Assembly: GCA_019057375.1 (NCBI GenBank)
Contig: DXJF01000005.1
Span: forward strand, 1 to 14,347
Direction of reading: 5' to 3'
Source of the DNA: Candidatus Heimdallarchaeota archaeon
GTDB lineage: Archaea > Asgardarchaeota > Heimdallarchaeia > Heimdallarchaeales > Heimdallarchaeaceae
Length of the DNA stretch: 14,347 bases
Every line of letters starts with the position of its first letter. Position 1 is the first letter of the stretch. Shown piece after piece: positions 1 through 7,800 of the stretch. The notes under the pieces were generated by a model. That model made no database searches and was not told the origin of the DNA. It saw only the letters and a list, made by a program, of their open reading frames with translations. A program made the translations under genes and the position numbers.

Positions 1-17
1 TATCCTATATTCAGAAA

Positions 18-34
18 AGAAAGAAATTCTTTCT
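18..34. repeat. Odd palindrome AGAAAGAA-A-TTCTTTCT
   Basis: 8-bp arms at 18-25 and 27-34 are exact reverse complements around one A. Low complexity, so it could be chance. Confidence 0.5.
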
Positions 35-66
35 GCAGGATCATTTTGCTATATGATCTACTACTA

Positions 67-91
67 AGTGGAAATTGGAAAGATTTCCACT
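67..91. repeat. 9-bp inverted repeat / hairpin, 7-nt loop
   Basis: AGTGGAAAT (67-75) pairs with ATTTCCACT (83-91). Confidence 0.7.
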
Positions 92-155
92 AATCTTACT
101 ATCAGGTGTAAATCGAATGAATTATTCACTATCTTCTAATTTCTTCTAGATACGT

Positions 156-270
156 GTATCACCCCTTCTCTCCTCTCTTCTCCTGCACTATCTTTTTCCT
201 TTATGCGAATGATCCAACAAAACCCTTCCAGGAGAAAAAGGAAGTTCTAGAAAGAGCTTGGGGGTGATAC
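156..270. repeat. Nested inverted repeats (10 bp outer, 8 bp inner)
   Basis: GTATCACCCC (156-165) pairs with GGGGTGATAC (261-270). Inside it, TTCTCCTG (178-185) pairs with CAGGAGAA (229-236). Confidence 0.7.
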
Positions 271-544
271 GCTTTTGGCAAGGTTTAAGACTACACGCCT
301 CATACCTGTTGTTTAATACCAACAGCAGTACTTTCTTGCGATGTAGAAACCGATCTATGTTTGATTTTTGAGGTTTCAGGTCTTTTCATACATGTACATG
401 GTGTATCTTGGGAATTGGCGATAAATCGCAGAATGAAACCTATTATTTGAAGAAAAAACATATACTGGGAGCAATATAGCTGTATCTAAAACTAAAACTA
501 AAATTTCAGGATAGACACTTACAAAAGCAGTTAAAACCCTCGCA

Positions 545-625
545 AACTGGCTCAACCCCTCTTCCACACCAAAAATAACCCCCCAGAACAATATCAAGAA
601 GAAAAATCGTGGGGTTGAGCCAGTT
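545..625. repeat. Perfect 15-bp inverted repeat, 51-bp spacer
   Basis: AACTGGCTCAACCCC (545-559) is the exact reverse complement of GGGGTTGAGCCAGTT (611-625). Confidence 0.9.
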
Positions 626-648
626 AACCTAGAACAGAAGGAGGTTAA
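624..648 (+). promoter_or_regulatory. GGAGG ribosome-binding site partly inside a 7-bp hairpin
   Basis: TTAACCT (624-630) pairs with AGGTTAA (642-648). GGAGG at 640-644 lies 10 nt before the TTG at 655. Confidence 0.45.
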
Positions 649-654
649 AAACGA

Positions 655-1128
655 TTGAAGATTAAAGATAAAATATTTGTTATTTTAATTATTGTGACTT
701 TTATAGGTTTAACTGTAGGTATATCTATTGATATTAACAAAACAGAACAATTTGGTTATATTATCATAGATCCCAACAAAGAAGAGCAACCTATTTTTGT
801 AGTTTGTATTCTTGCAAGTTCTTTTACTTCAAATGATTCTTGGATTACTAAAACTGACTTTGGTTTATCCGTAGCTGCAGAATATAATTTCTCCGAAAAA
901 GCTCTTTTTATAGAACTTTTTTCTTATGAAACAGCTACAGGGGAAATCATTCCTCACCCAAATATCACTGCTCATTATATTGACGTTGAAATAATAAAAG
1001 AAAACTATTTCCTCAAAATTAAACTATTCGAACATTTTGGCACACATTTATCTATTAGAGTTTGCCAAAAACTATTAAATTACACTATTCAACCTTTGAC
1101 GTTTTACAAATGGGGGGTTTTAGACTAA
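655..1128 (+). CDS. Hypothetical membrane-anchored/secreted protein, 157 aa
   Basis: TTG start with GGAGG RBS. N-terminal basic residues followed by a hydrophobic helix (IFVILIIVTFIGLTVGISI). The stop overlaps the next ATG (TAATG). No family recognised. Confidence 0.8.
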   Translation: MKIKDKIFVILIIVTFIGLTVGISIDINKTEQFGYIIIDPNKEEQPIFVVCILASSFTSNDSWITKTDFGLSVAAEYNFSEKALFIELFSYETATGEIIPHPNITAHYIDVEIIKENYFLKIKLFEHFGTHLSIRVCQKLLNYTIQPLTFYKWGVLD

Positions 1129-1403
1129 TGTTTAGACGGAAAAAAAAGAAAAAGAAAGATGAAGATAAAGATAAAGTCAAACCTTTGAAACACATTACTG
1201 TTTATCTTAATTAAGGAAACCATATCAAATATGAGAAACCTTCTGATTGTACTATCAATGAAAATATTGGTATACTCAACATTAAGCTCAATAATCAATC
1301 TATTGTCCACAACCAATCTACTATCCACAATATACAACATGATCAATCTATTTTCTACAATCTGCAACATATACTAGCTTACGAATTTGAGGAAGAGGAA
1401 TAA
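1128..1403 (+). pseudogene. Small gene (91 codons) interrupted by one in-frame TAA at 1212-1214; not in the ORF track
   Basis: ATG 1128 overlaps the upstream stop. It reads MFRRKKKKKKDEDKDKVKPLKHITVYLN*GNHIKYEKPSDCTINENIGILNIKLNNQSIVHNQSTIHNIQHDQSIFYNLQHILAYEFEEEE* and ends 4 nt before the next ATG (1408), filling the gap exactly. Confidence 0.7.
1296..1370 (+). repeat. Three degenerate 17-nt direct repeats, in frame
   Basis: CAATCTATTGTCCACAA (1296-1312), CAATCTACTATCCACAA (1314-1330), CAATCTATTTTCTACAA (1344-1360). Offsets of 18 and 30 nt are multiples of 3. They encode QSIVHN, QSTIHN and QSIFYN. Confidence 0.8.
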
Positions 1404-1407
1404 TAAA

Positions 1408-1947
1408 ATGAACGATGTCAGAAAACTAGCTCATTTCACACACGAAAGATATGAAAAACACTCTAAAGACGTGAAGTGGTTAACACAGAAGAACTGTCAA
1501 GTTCCTTTCAAGGACCTTCCTGCAGAAAATAAAGATTTTAATCTAGAATTACATGCAAAACTGAATCTTGGTACAACCTATATGTTATCACCTCATGAAT
1601 TTAATAAAGCCATTGAAATTCTTGAAGAATCATTAGAATTAGCTGTAAAATTACTTGATTTCAGACAAATATGTACGATAAAACTAAATTTAGGCTACAC
1701 ATATTCAAAACTATTTGAATTTGACCAAGCATTAGATATAATTAATTCCATCATTGAGCTTTCAGAATCATTAAAATTCTATGATATATATGTTAAAGCA
1801 CTAATAGAAAGGGCTAGGATAAATATCGCAAAAGCTGAAACACTGAAAGCTTTCCAGGATTTGGAAATTGCAGAACCACTTTGCATCGAACTAGGTTTTA
1901 ATGAAGATTTATATGAAATCAACGAAATCAAAATGAGGTATAATTAA
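1408..1947 (+). CDS. Tetratricopeptide-repeat (TPR, MalT/TPR_12-like) protein, about 179 aa
   Basis: About three helical repeats at roughly 40-aa period (KLNLGTTYM..EFNKAIEILEESLEL; KLNLGYTYS..EFDQALDIINSIIEL; LIERARINI..TLKAFQDLEIAEPL). ATG 1408 with GAGGA RBS (1395-1399) is preferred over TTG 1387. Confidence 0.8.
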   Translation: MNDVRKLAHFTHERYEKHSKDVKWLTQKNCQVPFKDLPAENKDFNLELHAKLNLGTTYMLSPHEFNKAIEILEESLELAVKLLDFRQICTIKLNLGYTYSKLFEFDQALDIINSIIELSESLKFYDIYVKALIERARINIAKAETLKAFQDLEIAEPLCIELGFNEDLYEINEIKMRYN

Positions 1948-3473
1948 TGATACAAGCGAAATTAACATCTGAAGAGGTTCTTAAACTGAAAGAGATTACC
2001 TCTCTAAATTTAAAGAAGATTGTACTTGAATTTAACAATTACTTAAGAAATTCTTCTGAAGTTCAAATGGATAATTCAACCATAAATCTGCATTTTAGTG
2101 AAGGTACTTCTCTTGAATTTCGTAGTTTAAATAGAGTACATTTTGAAATAATAAAAGATTTCATGTACTATTTTTCTCAAAATACAGATTTTTCAGAATT
2201 TTTTAAGATATTAAGAAGTCATAATTTATTTAATATTGATCAAGATTTTTTAAATCCTCAATTCTCTGTTTTTGGAGCGTTTCTAATAAAATATTTGCAG
2301 AAACTAACAGAAATAGAACTTAAGGATATCAAAGAAACGCTGCCTTTGGAATTTGACAGAAGCTTATTTGATAATATTTGGGAGGCTTTTGTTCCTTGGA
2401 TGTCTAATAAACCAATTACAATAAAGATATTCTATCTAATATATGGTGTTAACATAGAGGGGGATGATTTTAACTATAGCAAAAATCGTTCCCTTGAATT
2501 TAAAATTCCTACTAATGAAGATAAAGTACTATTAGTAAGAGATATGAATATTGAATATTTTTACTTTGAAGGTCAATTTAAGGCAATAAATCGCGTTCAA
2601 GCTATTGCACAATGCACATCTTGGATTGAAGGAAAAATTGAGTTTACTCACGAACAATTAGAGCAAACATTCATTGATTTAGACATTTTACATCCATCTT
2701 GCATTGAGGAAGCTTTCCATATTTTAGGGATATCAGAAGTATTTGTAGGATTATTGACTGTAAATAACAAATTCTACCCTCAGAAAATTACTATTCAACC
2801 TCAGCTAGATACATCAAAATGCTCAGTTCTAGCAAGTCCTATTTTCCAGTATCCTGAATGGATGCAATCACTTTCAATGTTCCCACCAAAAATCACTTTG
2901 GAATTGGAACAACCTAACAAAGATTTTCTCTCCTTTTATCCTGATTTTAGAATTAACCTGGGTAAGGACTCAATTGTTAAATTATCCATTTACAGATTAA
3001 TAAGAGCGCTTAAATCAAGGTTGATTATGGATATTATATTAGAAATTGTGATTGGGATAGAATCTTTACTTGTTGAAGGTACAGGTGATTTATCTTTGCA
3101 ATTCAGGATAAATACGAGTTGGTTAATTGGAAGGAATTTTGAGGAAAGGAAACTCATTGAAAAGTTCTGTAAGAATCTCTATACTTTAAGAAGCAAAATT
3201 GTTCATGAAGGAGGAAAAACTAAAGATATTGAAAAAATAACTGCTAAATTTGGAGGACAACATCAAACAGCTGAATTAGCAAGAAAGCTCTATAGACTAA
3301 TTTTACTGAAAGCAGCAATTATTAACAGCAGAAGAATCAATTTTATTGGTAGAACTGAATTACTGAAGCAATTAAGAAAAGCTAGATTGGGTGGTGAATT
3401 AGGGATAGAGGAAAATCAAATTTATAAAAGAACCTATAAAAATTTCATTGAAAAATTGAAAGAATGGAGTTAA
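1947..3473 (+). CDS. ApeA-like HEPN-domain protein (putative RNase effector), 508 aa
   Basis: C-terminal helical domain with IGIESLL (E372), ...EERK... and the HEPN Rx4H motif RSKIVH (residues 415-420, nt 3189-3206). The long N-terminal region is unassigned. ATG overlaps the TPR stop (TAATG). Confidence 0.8.
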   Translation: MIQAKLTSEEVLKLKEITSLNLKKIVLEFNNYLRNSSEVQMDNSTINLHFSEGTSLEFRSLNRVHFEIIKDFMYYFSQNTDFSEFFKILRSHNLFNIDQDFLNPQFSVFGAFLIKYLQKLTEIELKDIKETLPLEFDRSLFDNIWEAFVPWMSNKPITIKIFYLIYGVNIEGDDFNYSKNRSLEFKIPTNEDKVLLVRDMNIEYFYFEGQFKAINRVQAIAQCTSWIEGKIEFTHEQLEQTFIDLDILHPSCIEEAFHILGISEVFVGLLTVNNKFYPQKITIQPQLDTSKCSVLASPIFQYPEWMQSLSMFPPKITLELEQPNKDFLSFYPDFRINLGKDSIVKLSIYRLIRALKSRLIMDIILEIVIGIESLLVEGTGDLSLQFRINTSWLIGRNFEERKLIEKFCKNLYTLRSKIVHEGGKTKDIEKITAKFGGQHQTAELARKLYRLILLKAAIINSRRINFIGRTELLKQLRKARLGGELGIEENQIYKRTYKNFIEKLKEWS

Positions 3474-3853
3474 AAAGTGATCTAAAATGGATAAAGTGAA
3501 CTTCCCATCAATAATAGAAATCCAAAGTTCTAGGATTAGTAAAGTTCTTGTTGGAGGTCTACCTGCAGTTATATTTTTCACATAAGGCTAATATTATATT
3601 AAAATAATTTCATATAAATTATTACACTTTGTTGGAAATAAATTACGCATTATTATTTCTATCTCAAGGAACTTCTCGGATATTGGAAATCCGAAAGAGA
3701 TTGAATAACTAGCAAATCTATTTAATATGAAGAATTTGAAAGCATAATTTCAATTAGTTTTTCTGAATGAGAAAGATGGTTGTTAGTTATTTAGAAACTA
3801 AATGTAAGAAACTAATGCGAAACATATTAATAATTGAGTTCAACTAATATTTA

Positions 3854-4459
3854 ATGAAAAAGTGTATTAAAAAATTCTGGATTGAATGTGTCTTAGATAA
3901 AACTGTGGAGAAGAATAAAAATAGTGTTGAAGTAAAATCTGGGATTCAGAATGAAGAATTCATTAATACACTAACAAAAGAAGAAATAATTTTGATATAC
4001 AATGTGGGTCTGGATTCATTAAATTACATCAGAGATTCAAACCGTAGTCTTGATGAAAAATATTTCAGGTTGATGACAATTTTGATCTCTTTCTTCACAA
4101 TTACTGTTTCTGTATCTAGTATTATTATATCAAACCAATCATTTATTATTAGGGATTTCAACACTTGGCACTTTATACTGATAATTTTTTATGTAATACT
4201 ATTTATTTTGCTTTTAATTCGAATTTTACAGAAAGTGATTCCTAAAACAGCATCAACTGCGATTTCTTTTGATTTCTTTATTGAAGACATTCAAAAGACC
4301 TTACCTGCTTTAAGAGTCTTTCAATCAATTGATGAATTAATGAAAGAGGAACAGAAATTTCATAATAAGAAAAAATTATGTTTTAGATTTATCTACTTCA
4401 TGACAATGATTTTAATAATTTTGTCATTTCTCATCATTCTAAGTATTGCATTCATATAA
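3854..4459 (+). CDS. Multi-pass membrane protein resembling the Pycsar transmembrane effector (PycTM/DUF5706-like), 201 aa
   Basis: Pattern of LNYIRDSNRSLDEK then TM1, TM2 ending in VIPK, SFDFFIEDI loop, then HNKKK..FR and a C-terminal TM. This matches my recollection of the family (D-x-K before TM1, P after TM2, K before the last TM). Confidence 0.55.
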   Translation: MKKCIKKFWIECVLDKTVEKNKNSVEVKSGIQNEEFINTLTKEEIILIYNVGLDSLNYIRDSNRSLDEKYFRLMTILISFFTITVSVSSIIISNQSFIIRDFNTWHFILIIFYVILFILLLIRILQKVIPKTASTAISFDFFIEDIQKTLPALRVFQSIDELMKEEQKFHNKKKLCFRFIYFMTMILIILSFLIILSIAFI

Positions 4460-4484
4460 GAATAATTTGTAATCAAAGTTTATG

Positions 4485-4676
4485 CTACTTGGAAGATTCT
4501 TCCTTTTTCTTCTTTTTCTTCTTCAATGAATTAATAGCTTGGCTATCTAAAAGCTTACCTTTGATTTCACTTTTCTGAGTTATCTCGATTTTGCGAACAG
4601 ATTTATATGATTCCTGAGCTTTCCTTCTTGCTTCTTCCTGAGCTTTCTTCTTCTTTTGTTCTTCAACACTAGACAT
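4485..4676 (-). CDS. Small, very basic helical hypothetical protein, 63 aa
   Basis: GGTGA RBS at 4686-4682 lies 5 nt before ATG 4676; the track's GTG 4685 is part of this RBS. Lys-rich with a K7 tail. Confidence 0.6.
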   Translation of the reverse strand: MSSVEEQKKKKAQEEARRKAQESYKSVRKIEITQKSEIKGKLLDSQAINSLKKKKKKKEESSK

Positions 4677-4688
4677 ATAAGTCACCCT

Positions 4689-4781
4689 TTATTCGCTATT
4701 ACTTAATTTTTCATATATACTCATAAACTCTTCTAGAGCTGCTTGAAGATTCTCAACTATCTCAGCAGCTATCTCTTCAAG
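4689..4781 (-). pseudogene. hsdM: 3' remnant of a second type I methyltransferase (hsdM) gene
   Basis: Reads LEEIAAEIVENLQAALEEFMSIYEKLSNSE*, which closely resembles the conserved C-terminal helix of one HsdM subfamily (LPxPxxIAAEIVExLxAALxxF). No ATG upstream, and an in-frame TGA at 4826-4824. Confidence 0.7.
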
Positions 4782-4853
4782 CTTTATAGTTATTATAACC
4801 TGTTGTAATACTAATGTATCAAATCATCGCACTGCTGGATTTCAGTTGATGAA

Positions 4854-7800
4854 TTAAGTTTCTTTAACTGAAGAATAGATGCTTTGTCCTGCACCAAAGT
4901 AAGAGTCAAATATGTGTTGATATATAAGATTACACTTGATATTGAAAAGGTTAATTGAATAGCTTTCTGGTAATCTATTATCAAGTATCTCCTCAATTGC
5001 TAATCTCACACCAGCTCTAGTTTGTTGTTTCTTTCTCCAATCTAGAACAAGTTTTTCTACCTTGAGAGTCTTTAATAATTCCATTGATGCTAGTTTAATG
5101 ATTTCACGCTCTTTTCGAGTTATCTCTTTCTTCAACAACAAATCAAATATAGCTAATTCTTCTTCTGACAAATTTTCAGAGATTGTTCTTTTCTCCTCTT
5201 CATCTAGTTCTTTGGTGAAAGTAACAAGTTGTTCAAAGAAAATATCTATATCTATTGTACCATTGTTATAGTTTTCAACCATTTCTTTGAATTTCTCTAA
5301 TAGTTCTAGTCTAGTTTTATTGTACATTACTAACAAAACAAGTTTATCATAAATTCCATTCTTCATGCTTTCAACTAATGAATATTTTCTACCTTTTTTG
5401 AATTGTTTTCTTAATCCCTCAAAATCAATTTTACTCAAATCTAAAATCCTAACTTCATCAGTATCTTCTTCACCTTTGATCCTATACCCTTCAGCAGAAA
5501 TTGATTGATCCAGTAAGTCATTTATTCTATCCATAGCTTCAGTAATGTCTCCTTTAGGTTCTAAAGACCTAATTCTGTCTCTTAATACTTTGAAAAGTAC
5601 TACTCTGGATGTAAACTCATTTGCTTCTTTATCAGGTAAAATAGCTTTATACAATCTTTTTGTTTTAGCGGCTAGTTTCATAAATTCATTTTTTGATTGT
5701 TCATTAACTAAAATTTCATTAGTAGCATCTTTTATTAATTTAATTTTTGTAAATTTCTGAGCATTTATGATTTGGTAAATATCTATATTTTTCTTTTCTA
5801 GAAACTTAGTTATATCACTTACTGCTTGTCTAAGTAGTTTCATTAATTCTTTTTTCGGCTTAATAGGTGTATCCTCTTCATCTTTACCTGCAGCATATAT
5901 TGCTAATGCTTTCTTCATATTCGTAAAGATGTCAAAATAATCAACGATTAGACCATTTTCTTTTTCTTCACCGAAAACTCTATTTGCTCTTGCAATAAGT
6001 TGCATTAATGCGTGATTCTTAAGAGGTTTATCTATATACATTGTAGAAACAGAAGGTGCATCAAAACCAGTAATCCATTTTGAACATACAAAAGCTATTC
6101 TAAAGGGATTTTCGGGGTCTTGGAATTTTTCTTTTAAATCTTCAAGCTTTATTCTCTTTCGATGTATCTTGATATTTAAACCATGTTCTGCAAATTTTTT
6201 AACTTCACCTTGCTCCTCACTTATAACTACTGCCATATCTGTTTGTTCCATTTCTATAATCTTGTCATTCAATACTCTCTTTTCTTCCTCCAGACTTGCT
6301 TTAGTGTAATTGTCTTTGAGGTTTTTAAGATAATTTTTCCAGTGTTTCTGAACTTTTTCATACATTTTAACTGTAGTTAGTTTGTCAATTGATACAACCA
6401 TAGCTTTACCAAGATAACCACGGTTCATATAATGATTAACTATATCTGAAGCAATCTTTTCAAGTCTGTCATCACGAGTAAGTACATGATATATTTTTGG
6501 GAAATTTCGTTGGATTTTTCTTCTTTTAAGTTCATCATCAATTTCCTCTTCAAGGATTTCAACAAATTTTTCATCAAAATCCTTTTTAGTTATATTAACC
6601 TCTGGTAATCTATTTTCGTAATATAGAGGAACAGTTGCTCCATCATCCATGGATTGTTTGAAATTGTAGATACTAACATAGTCACCAAAAGTTTCTCGTG
6701 TGTTATCCTCTCCTTTGATTAAAGGGGTGCCTGTAAATGCAATAAAAGAAGCATGAGGGAGAGCAATTCTCATGTTTTTTGCTAATTCATCATATTGAGT
6801 ACGGTGTGCTTCATCTGCAATAATAATGATGTCGGTTCTATCGGTTAACTTAGGATAAGGTTTTCTCTCTTTGGTTTCCTTGTCAATCTTCTGAAATTTG
6901 TGAATTATTGTAAAAACATAGCGATGATTTTCTTTTAATAACTGCTCTAGATGTTCACAGTTTTTTGCTTGAGTATCAGGCTCAATAACTGCCCCCAGAC
7001 TTAAGAATTTTTTATAGATTTGATTATCTAAATCCTGTTCATCTGTAATTACAACGAATGTAGGACTACCGGGATATTTTCTCAAGATTTTCTGAGCAAA
7101 GAAAATCATGGATATACTCTTACCACTTCCTTGTGTATGCCAAAATACTCCTATCTTTCCATGCTTATCTTCCTGTTTGAGTCTATCATCTGTATCCCTC
7201 TTGACTTCTAGATAAGCTTTAATTGTATTATTTACACCTAAATATTGGTGATTTTTTGCGATAAATTTCTTTAAAGAACCACCAATATCTTGAAAGATGA
7301 TGAAATTTTCAAGAATATCAAGAAATCTTTGTTTCTCACAAGTGCCTCTAATAATTGTTTCTAGTGAAACTAACCCCTCTTCCTCTTCATTGCTAATCTT
7401 TTTCCACTCATTAAAATAATCCCATTCTGATGAAATTGTACCTATTTTACTTTCAGAACCATTAGAGAGAATAATAAAAGCATTGTACCAGAATATTTGA
7501 GGGATTGTATCCTTGTAATCTGAAAGGTTGTGATCAAAAGCATCTTTAAGATTCCTGTGAGTCGTTTTTAGTTCTATAAAAATTAAGGGTAAGCCATTAA
7601 TGAAACCAATTAGGTCTGATCTTCTAGTATAAACGTCTCCAGTTATCCAGAATTGTGAAGCAAGAAAGAAATCATTATTATCGATATTCTCAAAATCAAT
7701 AATCTTGATATTATAAGTTTTAGGTTTTCTATTTTCATCTTCACCTTGGATTGCCAATCCATCTTTCAACATTTTATGTATTTCAATATTGGCTTTTTCT

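Noticed and set aside
63-91. AGTGGAAAT resembling an archaeal origin recognition box
   Set aside because: It lacks the preceding TCCA and an adjacent G-string, and no orc1/cdc6 gene is in the window.
376-597. 73-aa - strand ORF in the track
   Set aside because: TTG start with no RBS, overlaps the 15-bp inverted repeat, includes a simple AAAACT repeat, and shows no recognisable motif. It cannot be supported, though it is not excluded.
1128-1157. RRKKKKKK and other poly-Lys tracts as eukaryote-like nuclear localisation signals
   Set aside because: Lys runs are expected from AAA/AAG-rich codons in AT-rich genomes, and there is no further support.
1212-1214. Alternative genetic code (TAA reassigned)
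   Set aside because: TAA terminates hsdR, hsdM, the HEPN gene and the recombinase at the expected positions.
1125-1370. 81-aa - strand ORF with VDxRL repeats
   Set aside because: Antisense to a + strand frame that is coupled at both ends within a + strand operon. FIFIFIFLFLFF is the mirror of the Lys/Asp tract, so it is most likely a shadow.
1296-1370. Short direct repeats as a mini-CRISPR array or DGR template/variable repeat
   Set aside because: Units are 17 nt with 1- and 13-nt gaps, mismatches are not adenine-specific, and there are no cas or reverse-transcriptase genes.
3399-3585. 60-aa - strand ORF (3399-3581) and 32-aa + strand ORF (3487-3585)
   Set aside because: The first overlaps the HEPN 3' end antisense. 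The second is very short with only a weak RBS. Neither has a recognisable motif.
304-4814. Imperfect direct repeat ACCTGTTGT(TT)AATAC at 304-319 and 4798-4811 as an att or target-duplication pair
   Set aside because: Only 9 bp match exactly, and many such matches are expected by chance in 14 kb. Noted only because the second copy lies next to the hsdM remnant junction.
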